DNA from: a virus | IMG/VR virus record: IMGVR_UViG_3300043420_001819 | Span: 19,428-83,427 of that record | Length of the DNA stretch: 64,000 nucleotides | Strand: one strand, 5' to 3' | In this document: positions 1 to 8,836 of the stretch, one piece after another | Numbering within the stretch: position 1 is the first letter of the stretch | Layout: each line of letters begins with the position of its first letter | Notes under the pieces: model-generated | Databases searched by the model: none | The model's input: only the letters and a program-made list of their open reading frames with translations | What the model was told of the DNA's origin: nothing | Made by a program: the position numbers and the translations under genes

Positions 1-11
1 TAAATATCCAC

Positions 12-584
12 TTAATCCTCGATAATAGTACTAATCCCGAAAAAAGATTTTAAGTGTTCAAGACATGAAGTCAAAATCTTTTTTATTTTTACCCGGGATA
101 TTTTATATCGTTCTGAAACTTTAACAATGGAAAATTGTAATATGAAATAATCATATAAAATTCTTTGCTCAAGAGAGTTAAGAGTTTCAAGGTATTTTTT
201 AAATTCTAAGTTAGCTTCCATTACAATAAGTTGCTCTTCAACGGGAGATAAAGAGTTATCATATAACTCATCAAGCTCAATACCAGCTTCACTAAAAGTA
301 TATACTTCTCTAGTAGATTTTACAGAATTTGGGCGTACTGTTGCTCCCCCTTTAGGGCTATTTTTTCCTATATAATCTTTTATAGCACCAGAAACTCTCA
401 GGTATGCGTATCCCATAAAAAAATTATTCTTATTTACATCATATTTTTTTCTTGCCTTAAGGTATGCAATTACACCCTCTTGGATTAAATCATCTAGTTC
501 CACATAGTAACTACTTCGTAAAAAATACTTATAAGCTAACTTTTCAATAAACTCATAATCGCTAGGAGGTATCATTGAGTTCAT
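12..584 (-). CDS. Phage RNA polymerase sigma factor, sigma70 family, FliA/sigma28-like
   Basis: Region 2 motifs DDLIQEG and AYLRVSGAIKDY (FliA-type A..RIRGA..D); C-terminal region-4-like helix-turn-helix. Confidence 0.85.
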   Translation of the reverse strand: MNSMIPPSDYEFIEKLAYKYFLRSSYYVELDDLIQEGVIAYLKARKKYDVNKNNFFMGYAYLRVSGAIKDYIGKNSPKGGATVRPNSVKSTREVYTFSEAGIELDELYDNSLSPVEEQLIVMEANLEFKKYLETLNSLEQRILYDYFILQFSIVKVSERYKISRVKIKKILTSCLEHLKSFFGISTIIED

Positions 585-2260
585 AGTTTCTGTATCCCTT
601 CTAGTTTAGTTATATTTTTATCTTTTACAAACGTAATCATAGTATCAAACATCTCAATAGGAATTTCTTCATGGTGCGTAATAATATACACTGCCTTAGT
701 TTCCCTAACTATTTCTAAGAATTGCTTAACCATTTCAATACCCTCTTCATCTAGGACACCAAACATCTCATCAATAACTAAAAAATTTCCAGAAAAACCA
801 GTAACTATTTCTAGGGTTGAAATTGTTGCAATCAAGAGTACAAGGGATACTCTAGTACGTTCACCAGCAGATAAATCATTGAACCCCTTTTCTATTCCTC
901 TATCAAAAAATCTGTAAACTAATTTACCTGTTTTTACAGATACTCTAATGTTTATATTAAACTTTGTTTTTTCAGATAGGTCTTTTAGCACTGTAATAAA
1001 AACTTTAGCAAACTTATTTAAGTACTCATTTACTAGTGTACCGTTTTTAATAAGAGTTAAACACTCCTCAACAAACTGTAATTTAACATCAAGGCTATCC
1101 ATTTCTTTAAGAAGTTCGTCAATTTCTTTAGTAATTTCTTCTTTATGGCTAATAATTTGGTCATATTGACTATTTTGTTCTTTTACGACTAGTATTTTAG
1201 ACTTAACTTTATTAATCTTATCAGTTATAGCATCTCTTTCATCACTTAGCTCACCACTTATCTTTCTAATTGCTTCTTTAATAGACTTTAAAGAGTCTTT
1301 TTTCTCATTTATTACCTTCTCTAATGCAGTATACTCTTTTTTAAGTGCTGCTAGTTCCTCTTTATGGGGAGTTATATCATAACAATAATCTGACCCACAA
1401 GTAGGGCATTTTCCTTCAACGTACTCATCTACTACTTTTTTAGTAGCACTTCCTTTAATTTTAACCTCTGATAATTTATACTCTTCAGTTTTTAAAGACT
1501 CTTCACTTTTAATAACACTAGTTTCTAGTGCTTTTAGTTGTGTATACCTACTGTTTTTTTCATGCTCTAAAAGAGCTTCAGTATTTTGTTGTAGTAACTT
1601 TTCTAGTTCATCAACATCTATTTTTTGAAAAGAAGTAAGTACATCTAAACTTTTTTCAGCACTTCTTAGTTTTGTGATAAGGATTGTTCTGGTTGTTTTT
1701 AGTTCTTTCTTCTCTTCTTTCAAAAGATTATTTGCTTTATGAATTGTTTCTACATTAAAGAACTGATAAAGTATATTGTCTTTGTTGGTAGTATCTAAAA
1801 TTGCTTGAAGGGTACTTTGACTAATATAAGTTAATGCAGAAAACGTATCAAAATCTGCACCAATTATTTCTTTAACTTGTTTAAGTTGAGCAGGGATACC
1901 CTTATGCTGTATCTCTTCCCCATTATTTTCAATAATAATTTTGTTGTTACTTCTATTATTAATAATTTTATAAGAACCTGAGCCTATTTTATCAAACTCT
2001 AACTCTATTGAATAAGGTTTTCCTGTAATAGAATTATTGACATCATCAATTGTACTTTTAGGGTTTTTTACGTTCTTGTTAAACAAGCCTTGATAAATAG
2101 CTGCGAATGTTGCTGTTTTCCCAGAGCCATTAGAACTCTTATGAGGGGTATCATTGTCGTTATTCTTACCTACAATGTAGTGTAGACCCTTTTCTATTGG
2201 TAAACTTATTTCCCCAATTGAGTAGAAATTTGAAACCTTTATAGATTTAATTTTTAACAT
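581..2260 (-). CDS. Rad50/SbcC-like recombination ATPase (T4 gp46-like)
   Basis: Walker A NGSGKT, coiled coils with central CPTC zinc hook, signature LSAGE, Walker B LVIDE, ITH H-loop. Confidence 0.95.
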   Translation of the reverse strand: MLKIKSIKVSNFYSIGEISLPIEKGLHYIVGKNNDNDTPHKSSNGSGKTATFAAIYQGLFNKNVKNPKSTIDDVNNSITGKPYSIELEFDKIGSGSYKIINNRSNNKIIIENNGEEIQHKGIPAQLKQVKEIIGADFDTFSALTYISQSTLQAILDTTNKDNILYQFFNVETIHKANNLLKEEKKELKTTRTILITKLRSAEKSLDVLTSFQKIDVDELEKLLQQNTEALLEHEKNSRYTQLKALETSVIKSEESLKTEEYKLSEVKIKGSATKKVVDEYVEGKCPTCGSDYCYDITPHKEELAALKKEYTALEKVINEKKDSLKSIKEAIRKISGELSDERDAITDKINKVKSKILVVKEQNSQYDQIISHKEEITKEIDELLKEMDSLDVKLQFVEECLTLIKNGTLVNEYLNKFAKVFITVLKDLSEKTKFNINIRVSVKTGKLVYRFFDRGIEKGFNDLSAGERTRVSLVLLIATISTLEIVTGFSGNFLVIDEMFGVLDEEGIEMVKQFLEIVRETKAVYIITHHEEIPIEMFDTMITFVKDKNITKLEGIQKL

Positions 2261-3236
2261 CTATTAATATCCCCTGTAAATACTCTTCTAACTCTTTTGT
2301 TACATTAAACTCATTTGCTTTTAGTAACATTAGGAGTGTTTGGCTAATCTCTTCTTGTTTGTGGGAAGATAACTCATCTATTAATTCTTCAAACTCTTCT
2401 GTGTTTTCTTCTTGTTCTGTTTTATAATCAAATTGTGCTACATTATTCATCTTCATCAAAATGGATGAAGTCTTGGTGTCAGGAATCCCTTTTACTACTA
2501 CTTTATACAAATGGTCAGGGTCAAGTATTAAAGTAGATTCTAGACCCCTTGTAGTAGTCTCTATCAAGACCTTTGAAGGAAGATTTAATCTTACCCAATC
2601 AAAACTAGTTTTTCCATCCTCTAGTTTGATTGAGTAATACCCATAATCCCTTAAGAGTTCAAAGTGTATACCGTAAGGGCTAGAAGGGTAAAAAGTATTA
2701 CTATAAGGAGAGTACTTGTGATGAATATCACCAACAAAGCATTTAGTAAAAATATCAGAAACCTCTTTAACGTCAATTTCGCCTTTAATGAAAGTACCAT
2801 AATTAGCCCTAAAATGAGAGAATAGTATACTCTCTCTATCGTCTCTAATCATTGCTTTTGTACTTTTATAAATTTCTTTACATCTAATGTGTGATACAAA
2901 GTAACAATCAACACCCCCAATAGTACGTAATTCTTGTTCTATATAAGTAAAACCTACTTTAGGGATATAGTCAAATACTGTTTTATGCTCTGAAAGATTT
3001 TCGTGGTTTCCAGATATTACTATAACCTGTTTTTCTTTTAGTTTTTCTATACCTTCATAGAATGTGGATAGTTCTTCAAGAGTTGGTTTAGGAACATCAA
3101 AAATATCACCTCCTAAAACTACTAGGCTAGAGTCGTCTTGTGCTAATATATCAAATAGTTTTAGGAAGCGTGATTTTTCCCATTCAGAATTTTTGCGTAG
3201 ATTTAAATGAATATCAGTTACGAAGGAGAGGGTCAT
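2247..3236 (-). CDS. Mre11/SbcD-like nuclease subunit (T4 gp47-like)
   Basis: Phosphoesterase motifs DIH, GDIFD, GNHE, SH, GDIH; adjacent to Rad50-like gene. Confidence 0.93.
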   Translation of the reverse strand: MTLSFVTDIHLNLRKNSEWEKSRFLKLFDILAQDDSSLVVLGGDIFDVPKPTLEELSTFYEGIEKLKEKQVIVISGNHENLSEHKTVFDYIPKVGFTYIEQELRTIGGVDCYFVSHIRCKEIYKSTKAMIRDDRESILFSHFRANYGTFIKGEIDVKEVSDIFTKCFVGDIHHKYSPYSNTFYPSSPYGIHFELLRDYGYYSIKLEDGKTSFDWVRLNLPSKVLIETTTRGLESTLILDPDHLYKVVVKGIPDTKTSSILMKMNNVAQFDYKTEQEENTEEFEELIDELSSHKQEEISQTLLMLLKANEFNVTKELEEYLQGILIDVKN

Positions 3237-3466
3237 AGAACACCCTCTAAATATTTAATTACGTCATTACCACTTTTAATATCTGCTAAAACTGAGTCTT
3301 CAATCTTAATATTAAAAGCAATTTCTATGGACTGAACAATAGATAATAAGTCTAAACTATCCACCCCGTAACTTTTAAACGGGATGTGAATAGAAAAATC
3401 GACAGGATTAGAGTAGGTAGCTTGTGCCATTAAAGCTATAGCAGTACTTCTTTGTTCATGTGTCAT
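3233..3466 (-). CDS. Acyl carrier protein-like
   Basis: 77 aa, acidic; GVDSLD phosphopantetheine attachment motif followed by IEIAFNIKIED. Confidence 0.88.
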   Translation of the reverse strand: MTHEQRSTAIALMAQATYSNPVDFSIHIPFKSYGVDSLDLLSIVQSIEIAFNIKIEDSVLADIKSGNDVIKYLEGVL

Positions 3467-3475
3467 AACTTATTC

Positions 3476-4276
3476 CTAAAACGGAATTTCGTCTTCGTCA
3501 ACTTCTACGTCAGATTCAACTGGAGCAGAACTAGTAGAAGAAGTAGTTGAGTTTGAACCAGATGAATTATAATCCTCTACCCACTTATTAAACTTTTTAA
3601 TTGCTGGAGCAACATATTCAGTTAATCCGGCTAAGTCAGTAGGTTTCATCTCTACCATTTCCTCAATGTCAAAACACCAAGCTGGTTGGAAGTCAGTAGA
3701 CACTTTTTTACTCTTAACTTTAAACTTAAAACCAAGATTAGGAGATTTAATTCCTCTAGCATCTAATTGTACACCCCACTGGTGTAGATTTGTTCCATGC
3801 AAATAATGAGTATATGGTGTCCATTCGTTACCCTCATTAACTAACATTAGTAAAATGTTATTGAAAGTAGCTCTTCGTCCACCTGCTTTCCACTCAGAAA
3901 CAGACATACCACTTTTTTTATCAACTTGTTGTTTAGTTTCATACGGGTCGAAGAAAAAAGGTGTTTGGAACACAGTGCTTTTAGTGTTAATATCATAGTG
4001 AGATACTTGATAAACATTTCCAATAATAATAAACTCTATTGTATTTCCAAAGTCAGTACCAGTTTCTTTAACAATTAGGTTTGCTTTATCTTCTTTGTAC
4101 CCAGCTACAAAGTTACCTTTTTTAACACCACCATCATCTTGTAAAATATCACTATAGTTCATACTGATTTTTCTGAAAGGTGCACCTGCTGATGCCTCTT
4201 TATTAACTTTTGAAAGACTTTTTGCAGTCTCTGAATCGTAACCCATTGATAAATATTCTTCATATGAATATGCCAT
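3476..4276 (-). CDS. Putative single-stranded DNA-binding protein
   Basis: Ser-rich linker and acidic C-terminus ending DEDEIPF (SSB tail); context next to Mre11/Rad50. Confidence 0.6.
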   Translation of the reverse strand: MAYSYEEYLSMGYDSETAKSLSKVNKEASAGAPFRKISMNYSDILQDDGGVKKGNFVAGYKEDKANLIVKETGTDFGNTIEFIIIGNVYQVSHYDINTKSTVFQTPFFFDPYETKQQVDKKSGMSVSEWKAGGRRATFNNILLMLVNEGNEWTPYTHYLHGTNLHQWGVQLDARGIKSPNLGFKFKVKSKKVSTDFQPAWCFDIEEMVEMKPTDLAGLTEYVAPAIKKFNKWVEDYNSSGSNSTTSSTSSAPVESDVEVDEDEIPF

Positions 4277-4351
4277 TTTGTTTCCTTTATTTCCGATTTT
4301 AGTTTCGGTTATTTCTAATTTACAGACAGGTTATCCTATCTGCATGTGAAA

Positions 4352-4380
4352 ATTATATTACAAAAAATTTTATTTGTCAA
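4352..4380 (-). promoter_or_regulatory. Consensus sigma70 promoter
   Basis: TTGACA-17bp-TATAAT on minus strand upstream of SSB gene. Confidence 0.85.
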
Positions 4381-4409
4381 GTAAAATACGTAAAATAATT
4401 AAAATTTTT

Positions 4410-4979
4410 TTATTCTGCAACGATAATTGCGTCATCTTCAGTAATTTCTACTACAGGGAATTTTTCATCAATTATGACAGCAAGTTCTTTAACTTTTTGG
4501 AGTAAAGTTGTTACATCTCCATCATTTATTAAAGTATAATCAAAGCCCTCAAACGTATCTAGTTCTATCTCTGATGCATGTGAGTCCCAAGATTCTGGAA
4601 CAGAGGGTCTATGTATTCTTACTTTTAAACTATCCTCAATTGCTTCTACCTTAAATCTCCAATCTGGTATAATCAAAACACAATTCACACACAATGTTTC
4701 GCAGTATTTTTGTGCAAGTTTTAACCAAACATCATCACCAAAAATTGGTTTTAGTCCCTCAGTTCCTAATCTTTGGAGCATACTTCTATACTGTGGGAGT
4801 AAATTTTTATTTGCTTCAAGCTCTTCAACACTAATATTTAGAGTTGCTGCAAGAATTTGTTTAAGAGGGTCTGCAAAATTATAAATTTTTGCTCTTTCTC
4901 CTAACTCAATCTTTAGTAATTCTGCAACAGTAGATTTACCATGCCCTTTTTTCCCAGAAATTTGTACAATATGTGCCAT
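4410..4979 (-). CDS. Deoxynucleoside monophosphate kinase (T4 gp1-like)
   Basis: GKKGHGKST P-loop, FADPLK, R..LQRLGTE, IPDWRF..E, H.SE motifs. Confidence 0.9.
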   Translation of the reverse strand: MAHIVQISGKKGHGKSTVAELLKIELGERAKIYNFADPLKQILAATLNISVEELEANKNLLPQYRSMLQRLGTEGLKPIFGDDVWLKLAQKYCETLCVNCVLIIPDWRFKVEAIEDSLKVRIHRPSVPESWDSHASEIELDTFEGFDYTLINDGDVTTLLQKVKELAVIIDEKFPVVEITEDDAIIVAE

Positions 4980-4992
4980 AGGTATCCTTTTA

Positions 4993-5892
4993 TTATAATT
5001 TATACACAGCTCTTTGGTCAGGAGACAATAAAAGAGTTGTGCTATAGTTTAGTGATAAGTCATTTAGCATATCATCATAAGTACTTTGACTTGTTAAAAA
5101 CTTATCAGAAAAAATTACTTGTTCTTCTTCGTCTATATCATTAATTGAGATAGGGTTAAAAAGAGCGTAATTCATATCTAGTATTTCCATAAAGGAAGTA
5201 TTTTCAGGAAGTTTCATACCGTTTTGTCCATTTTCTACTGCCGTAGCAATATTTTGGGCTAATCGGTTGAACTCTTTTTCTTCCTCATAAAATTTTTTAA
5301 ATGTTTTTTCCCCTAATCTATAAATACCTTTTACATTTTCTTTATCAGAACCTGCAAATACTTGTAGATATAAAATTCCAGTAGGGTCTAAACCATATTC
5401 TTGCTCACACGAACTTCTTGTAATTAATTTTTCTCTTTTAACATGTAATAATTTAATATTATCAGAGAATAAAAATGATGCCCAGTCTTTGTCAGAAGAA
5501 ACTAATATTACATTGTACTTATCAGAATCTTTAAATCTATTTGCTACAATAGAACCAACATCATCAGCCTCTAGCCCATTAATATCAATAACAGCGCCAA
5601 AGTGGTGCAACCATTTAAGACTATTTTTATAGTCAACCTCAAAACTTTTACGTCTATCTTGTTCTGCTTTAGATTCTTGTTTATGCTTTTTTGCTCTATG
5701 AGTTTTGTACTCAGGATATATTTCTCTCCTTTTAGGAGTTCCTATATCAACAGCAAATACAATCTTCGAAGGCTTAACTCCAACTTTATTGAGGAGTTTA
5801 GCAATACCAAAGAAAGTATGCTCAAATGGCTTTTTAGCATGAAAAGAATAGGTAAAGGCACATAGACGGTAATCAATTACTACTATATTCAT
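4993..5892 (-). CDS. 5'-3' exonuclease / flap endonuclease (T5 D15 or T4 RNase H-like)
   Basis: YPEYK..R, EADD, SSDKD, G..KENVKG..GEKT helix-turn-helix motifs. Confidence 0.9.
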   Translation of the reverse strand: MNIVVIDYRLCAFTYSFHAKKPFEHTFFGIAKLLNKVGVKPSKIVFAVDIGTPKRREIYPEYKTHRAKKHKQESKAEQDRRKSFEVDYKNSLKWLHHFGAVIDINGLEADDVGSIVANRFKDSDKYNVILVSSDKDWASFLFSDNIKLLHVKREKLITRSSCEQEYGLDPTGILYLQVFAGSDKENVKGIYRLGEKTFKKFYEEEKEFNRLAQNIATAVENGQNGMKLPENTSFMEILDMNYALFNPISINDIDEEEQVIFSDKFLTSQSTYDDMLNDLSLNYSTTLLLSPDQRAVYKL

Positions 5893-5960
5893 TTACAAAC
5901 CTTTTAATTGAAATACAAAGAATTATAAAACACAATTCCTTAAATTTAGCTTAAAATATG

Positions 5961-5989
5961 GGGGTGTCCTAAGACCTATCAGTGTTTAC
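5961..5989 (+). repeat. 29-bp dispersed repeat, copy 1 (candidate Rep-binding/origin element)
   Basis: GGGGTGTCCTAAGACCTATCAGTGTTTAC; 28/29 identical to cores starting at 48598 and 48656. Confidence 0.9.
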
Positions 5990-6084
5990 CGTTTAGAGTT
6001 CTAAAATACTTTTAAATTTAAGAAATTAATAAGAATATATCGAGTATAATGCTAGTAATTTAAGCTAAGTTTTATAATTATATA

Positions 6085-6092
6085 ACGATTAT
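6085..6092 (+). promoter_or_regulatory. ACGATWAT putative phage-sigma -10 element
   Basis: ACGATTAT 24 bp upstream of rep start; same motif precedes structural genes. Confidence 0.55.
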
Positions 6093-6116
6093 TATAGTAC
6101 AGCAAAAGAGGGATAT

Positions 6117-7220
6117 ATGAACCAAAGAGAATTTTTAATAAATAAGCTAGATACTGTTTTTAAAGTACAATGTTCTGATTCTAAGACAGGAGATTATACT
6201 TATAAAAAAATTGATGAAGCACTAGAGCATAACTTTTTAAGATTTGGTAACTCATACTTTATTCCTGCAGTCAGTATTGATATTGATAACTCTCAAGATA
6301 TTTTAATCAATGACATTATTAAAACAAATAAATTACCAGACCCCACTTTTGTTGTTGAAACTTCTAGAGGATACCACATTCACTGGTTTCTATCAAATCC
6401 AATTAAAACATCAAACGTAAAACAACTTAGAAAACTAAGAGAAACTTTACTATACCTCCAAAAACTTTTTGGTGCCGATAAATTTGCTACAACAACATCT
6501 TCAGGTCGTGTTTGGAGAAATCCAATTAAGCACTCAAATGCTTTTACTGATACTACAGTTGAATTAAATGATTTATTCACTACTCCTGAACTACCTAAAA
6601 ATACTCGTGAATTCACTAAGAGTATTAATAGATACAAAAAATTTCTTAATACTGACTTCTCAAAAGTATTAGAGGGAGAAAGAAATACAACTCTTTTTGA
6701 TTATGGTAGAGCTTATGCTTATACTACTGGAGTTATTAACGTATTTGATGAATTATGTACCAAAAATGATACACTTTTAAATCCTTTACCCATTAGTGAA
6801 GTAACTAATATAGCTTCTTCAATCGAAATATTTATGTCAACTAAGTATAAGAAAGGTGCTCATACAACTTCTGAAGCTACGATAGCTTTTAATAGAAGAG
6901 TAGCAGCACAACAAGCAGATAAGAAAGTATTAGTAATCTTCGAAAAATCTTTGAAGTTACTTACAATACCTATTATAGCTGTACAAAGATTATCTGCAAG
7001 AAAAGGTGCAGAAGTATTTAAAATTTCTAAAGATACATTCTTAAAACATAAAAAAATAGTACTTAAAAAACTTGTAAGTTATTTCAAAAGTTTAGTTAAA
7101 ACGATAAATAAATGGGTAGAACTACAAACTACTAACTTTAAAGTATTGTTTGAGGATATAAATGTATTACATTGGGATAGACACTTCATCAACGAGCACA
7201 GGACTTGTGGTTCTGGATAA
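6117..7220 (+). CDS. Plasmid-type (ColE2-family-like) replication initiator: AEP primase domain plus PriCT-1
   Basis: SIDID (motif I), ETSRGYHIHW (motif II), GAD (motif III); GERNTTLF...PLPISEV..IA.SI PriCT-like; C-terminal HTH-like segment. Confidence 0.8.
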   Translation: MNQREFLINKLDTVFKVQCSDSKTGDYTYKKIDEALEHNFLRFGNSYFIPAVSIDIDNSQDILINDIIKTNKLPDPTFVVETSRGYHIHWFLSNPIKTSNVKQLRKLRETLLYLQKLFGADKFATTTSSGRVWRNPIKHSNAFTDTTVELNDLFTTPELPKNTREFTKSINRYKKFLNTDFSKVLEGERNTTLFDYGRAYAYTTGVINVFDELCTKNDTLLNPLPISEVTNIASSIEIFMSTKYKKGAHTTSEATIAFNRRVAAQQADKKVLVIFEKSLKLLTIPIIAVQRLSARKGAEVFKISKDTFLKHKKIVLKKLVSYFKSLVKTINKWVELQTTNFKVLFEDINVLHWDRHFINEHRTCGSG

Positions 7221-7629
7221 AAATAAAAAATTAATTTCATATACTTTATTAACACCGAAACACTCTGATTTAAAAGAGAGGTGTACACTAATAGTTGAAG
7301 GTACTCTACAATTTGTATCTAAGTATAAAAACAAAGAAACTTTAATAATTATTGAAACACCAGCATTTATGGCAAAAGGAAGAGTTATTGACTTAGCTAT
7401 GTTAGTTGGTGGTGTTTTTTATTCACTAAGAAGTAGAGGGTATAACTGTTTATTAGTTCCCCCAACAACACATAAAAAAACATTTACTGGTTCTGGAAAA
7501 GCTTCTAAAGAAGAAACAATAGCCTCACTCCCAGAGGGAGTTAAAGAACTATTTTTAAATGAGAGTAAGAAGATTGATGATTTAGCAGATGCGTATAGTT
7601 TAGCGTTCTATGGAATTACTTCCAATTAA
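7162..7629 (+). CDS. RuvC-like Holliday junction resolvase
   Basis: IGIDTS, IIE, TGSGKASKEE, DDLADA acidic RNase H-fold motifs. Confidence 0.9.
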   Translation: MYYIGIDTSSTSTGLVVLDKNKKLISYTLLTPKHSDLKERCTLIVEGTLQFVSKYKNKETLIIIETPAFMAKGRVIDLAMLVGGVFYSLRSRGYNCLLVPPTTHKKTFTGSGKASKEETIASLPEGVKELFLNESKKIDDLADAYSLAFYGITSN

Positions 7630-7915
7630 TTTTTACCTCATAAATTACGTCTACAAAACCAGTTGCAGTATCGCTTACTTTAATAATTAAATTATGGGCA
7701 AAACCTGCATATTCTGTAGTTGTAGAACCATCCACTCTTAGCTCAAATTGACTTCTAAGTTCATTTACACCAAGATTATATTGAGCTACAAGTCCATTTG
7801 CTCTATTTTTAAGCATAGCAACACAAGTCATTGTCTCAGGGATTTCCCCATCATCAAAAGTAAAATCATAAAACAACGCAGAACCTGCATATTTAAAAAT
7901 TGGATCGTCTTTCAT
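7616..7915 (-). CDS. Hypothetical protein (last gene of late operon)
   Basis: ORF in operon order; no recognisable motif. Confidence 0.55.
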   Translation of the reverse strand: MKDDPIFKYAGSALFYDFTFDDGEIPETMTCVAMLKNRANGLVAQYNLGVNELRSQFELRVDGSTTTEYAGFAHNLIIKVSDTATGFVDVIYEVKINWK

Positions 7916-7916
7916 T

Positions 7917-8003
7917 TTAACCTACTCTAAATCTTATTTTAATTGGTTCAGCAGTAAACCTAATAGAAATAGGAGCAGTGCTAAATCTAAATTTTTCAGT
8001 CAT
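7917..8003 (-). CDS. Unannotated 28-aa peptide MTEKFRFSTAPISIRFTAEPIKIRFRVG
   Basis: TAATG stop/start overlap with upstream gene; fills the gap exactly. Confidence 0.55.
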   Translation of the reverse strand: MTEKFRFSTAPISIRFTAEPIKIRFRVG

Positions 8004-8422
8004 TAAGAAATCCTAATGAGTCCACTTGATGCATTTGCTGCTGGAAACTCTATTACAAAATCTCCACCACTAGCAGTAAGGCTTGAACCAAAATCTAGTA
8101 CAGCTACTGCTTTATTACTTTTAGTAGCATTATAAATTAATGCACCTCTTGCTGTAATTTCACAGTTATTCCAAGTTGGGTCAGAAGTAAAATCTAAGAT
8201 TGATACCCCACCATCAATAGATGTATTAAACCCTGATAATGTTAAACCACCTGCCGTATAACCTGTACCTGTTGCTTCACCGTCAATAGTATATCCAGTT
8301 GTAGTAGCACCAAGTGTAGCTGATTCTACATAAAGAGCTATCATATACGTATCAGTATCCGTATGTACTCCTGAGTATATTTCTTGTAAGTATGAATCAC
8401 AAATTGCTGAAGTAATTGCCAT
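8003..8422 (-). CDS. Probable virion structural protein
   Basis: MAITSAIC..., GTGYTAGG, ITARGALIYN, AVAVLDFG pattern resembles a widespread small phage structural family. Confidence 0.6.
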   Translation of the reverse strand: MAITSAICDSYLQEIYSGVHTDTDTYMIALYVESATLGATTTGYTIDGEATGTGYTAGGLTLSGFNTSIDGGVSILDFTSDPTWNNCEITARGALIYNATKSNKAVAVLDFGSSLTASGGDFVIEFPAANASSGLIRIS

Positions 8423-8434
8423 TTTTAAAATCCT

Positions 8435-8836
8435 TTAATATGCCATTTGAAAGTGTCTTACATTTGGACTATTTTTCCAAAATCCACCCCATAAATTTTT
8501 TAAATCAAGACTTTCCCAATAACCACCTAAAGCAGCTAAAAGTTCGTAGTCATAAGTAATAACATACTCATTATCGTTTTCAATAAAAAAGTTAAAGTCA
8601 ACTGCTAATCTCTTATTATGTTTAGATGCTCTACTAGATTCTTTTTTATTACCTTTTACTATACTTAAATCACCATACTCATTCTCAGTTATTGTTAATC
8701 CTTTATAGTATAATAGCTGTAGTTCATAAGGTCTATATGTTTCTCCAAAACTAAGTTTTATTCCTAACTCTGAAGCTTTAGTTATTAATTTTGCAACATT
8801 CTCTGTGAATGCCCACTGACTTTTCTGTAACATCAT
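8435..8836 (-). CDS. M15 family peptidase (second endolysin-like, possibly altered active site)
   Basis: ETYR, SKH..RLAVD, WGG.W...HF. Confidence 0.8.
   Translation of the reverse strand: MMLQKSQWAFTENVAKLITKASELGIKLSFGETYRPYELQLLYYKGLTITENEYGDLSIVKGNKKESSRASKHNKRLAVDFNFFIENDNEYVITYDYELLAALGGYWESLDLKNLWGGFWKNSPNVRHFQMAY

Noticed and set aside
5961-5989. Twister ribozyme (GTCCTAAG resembles the twister P4 loop)
   Set aside because: The required GC and downstream AGG pseudoknot partners and flanking stems are absent
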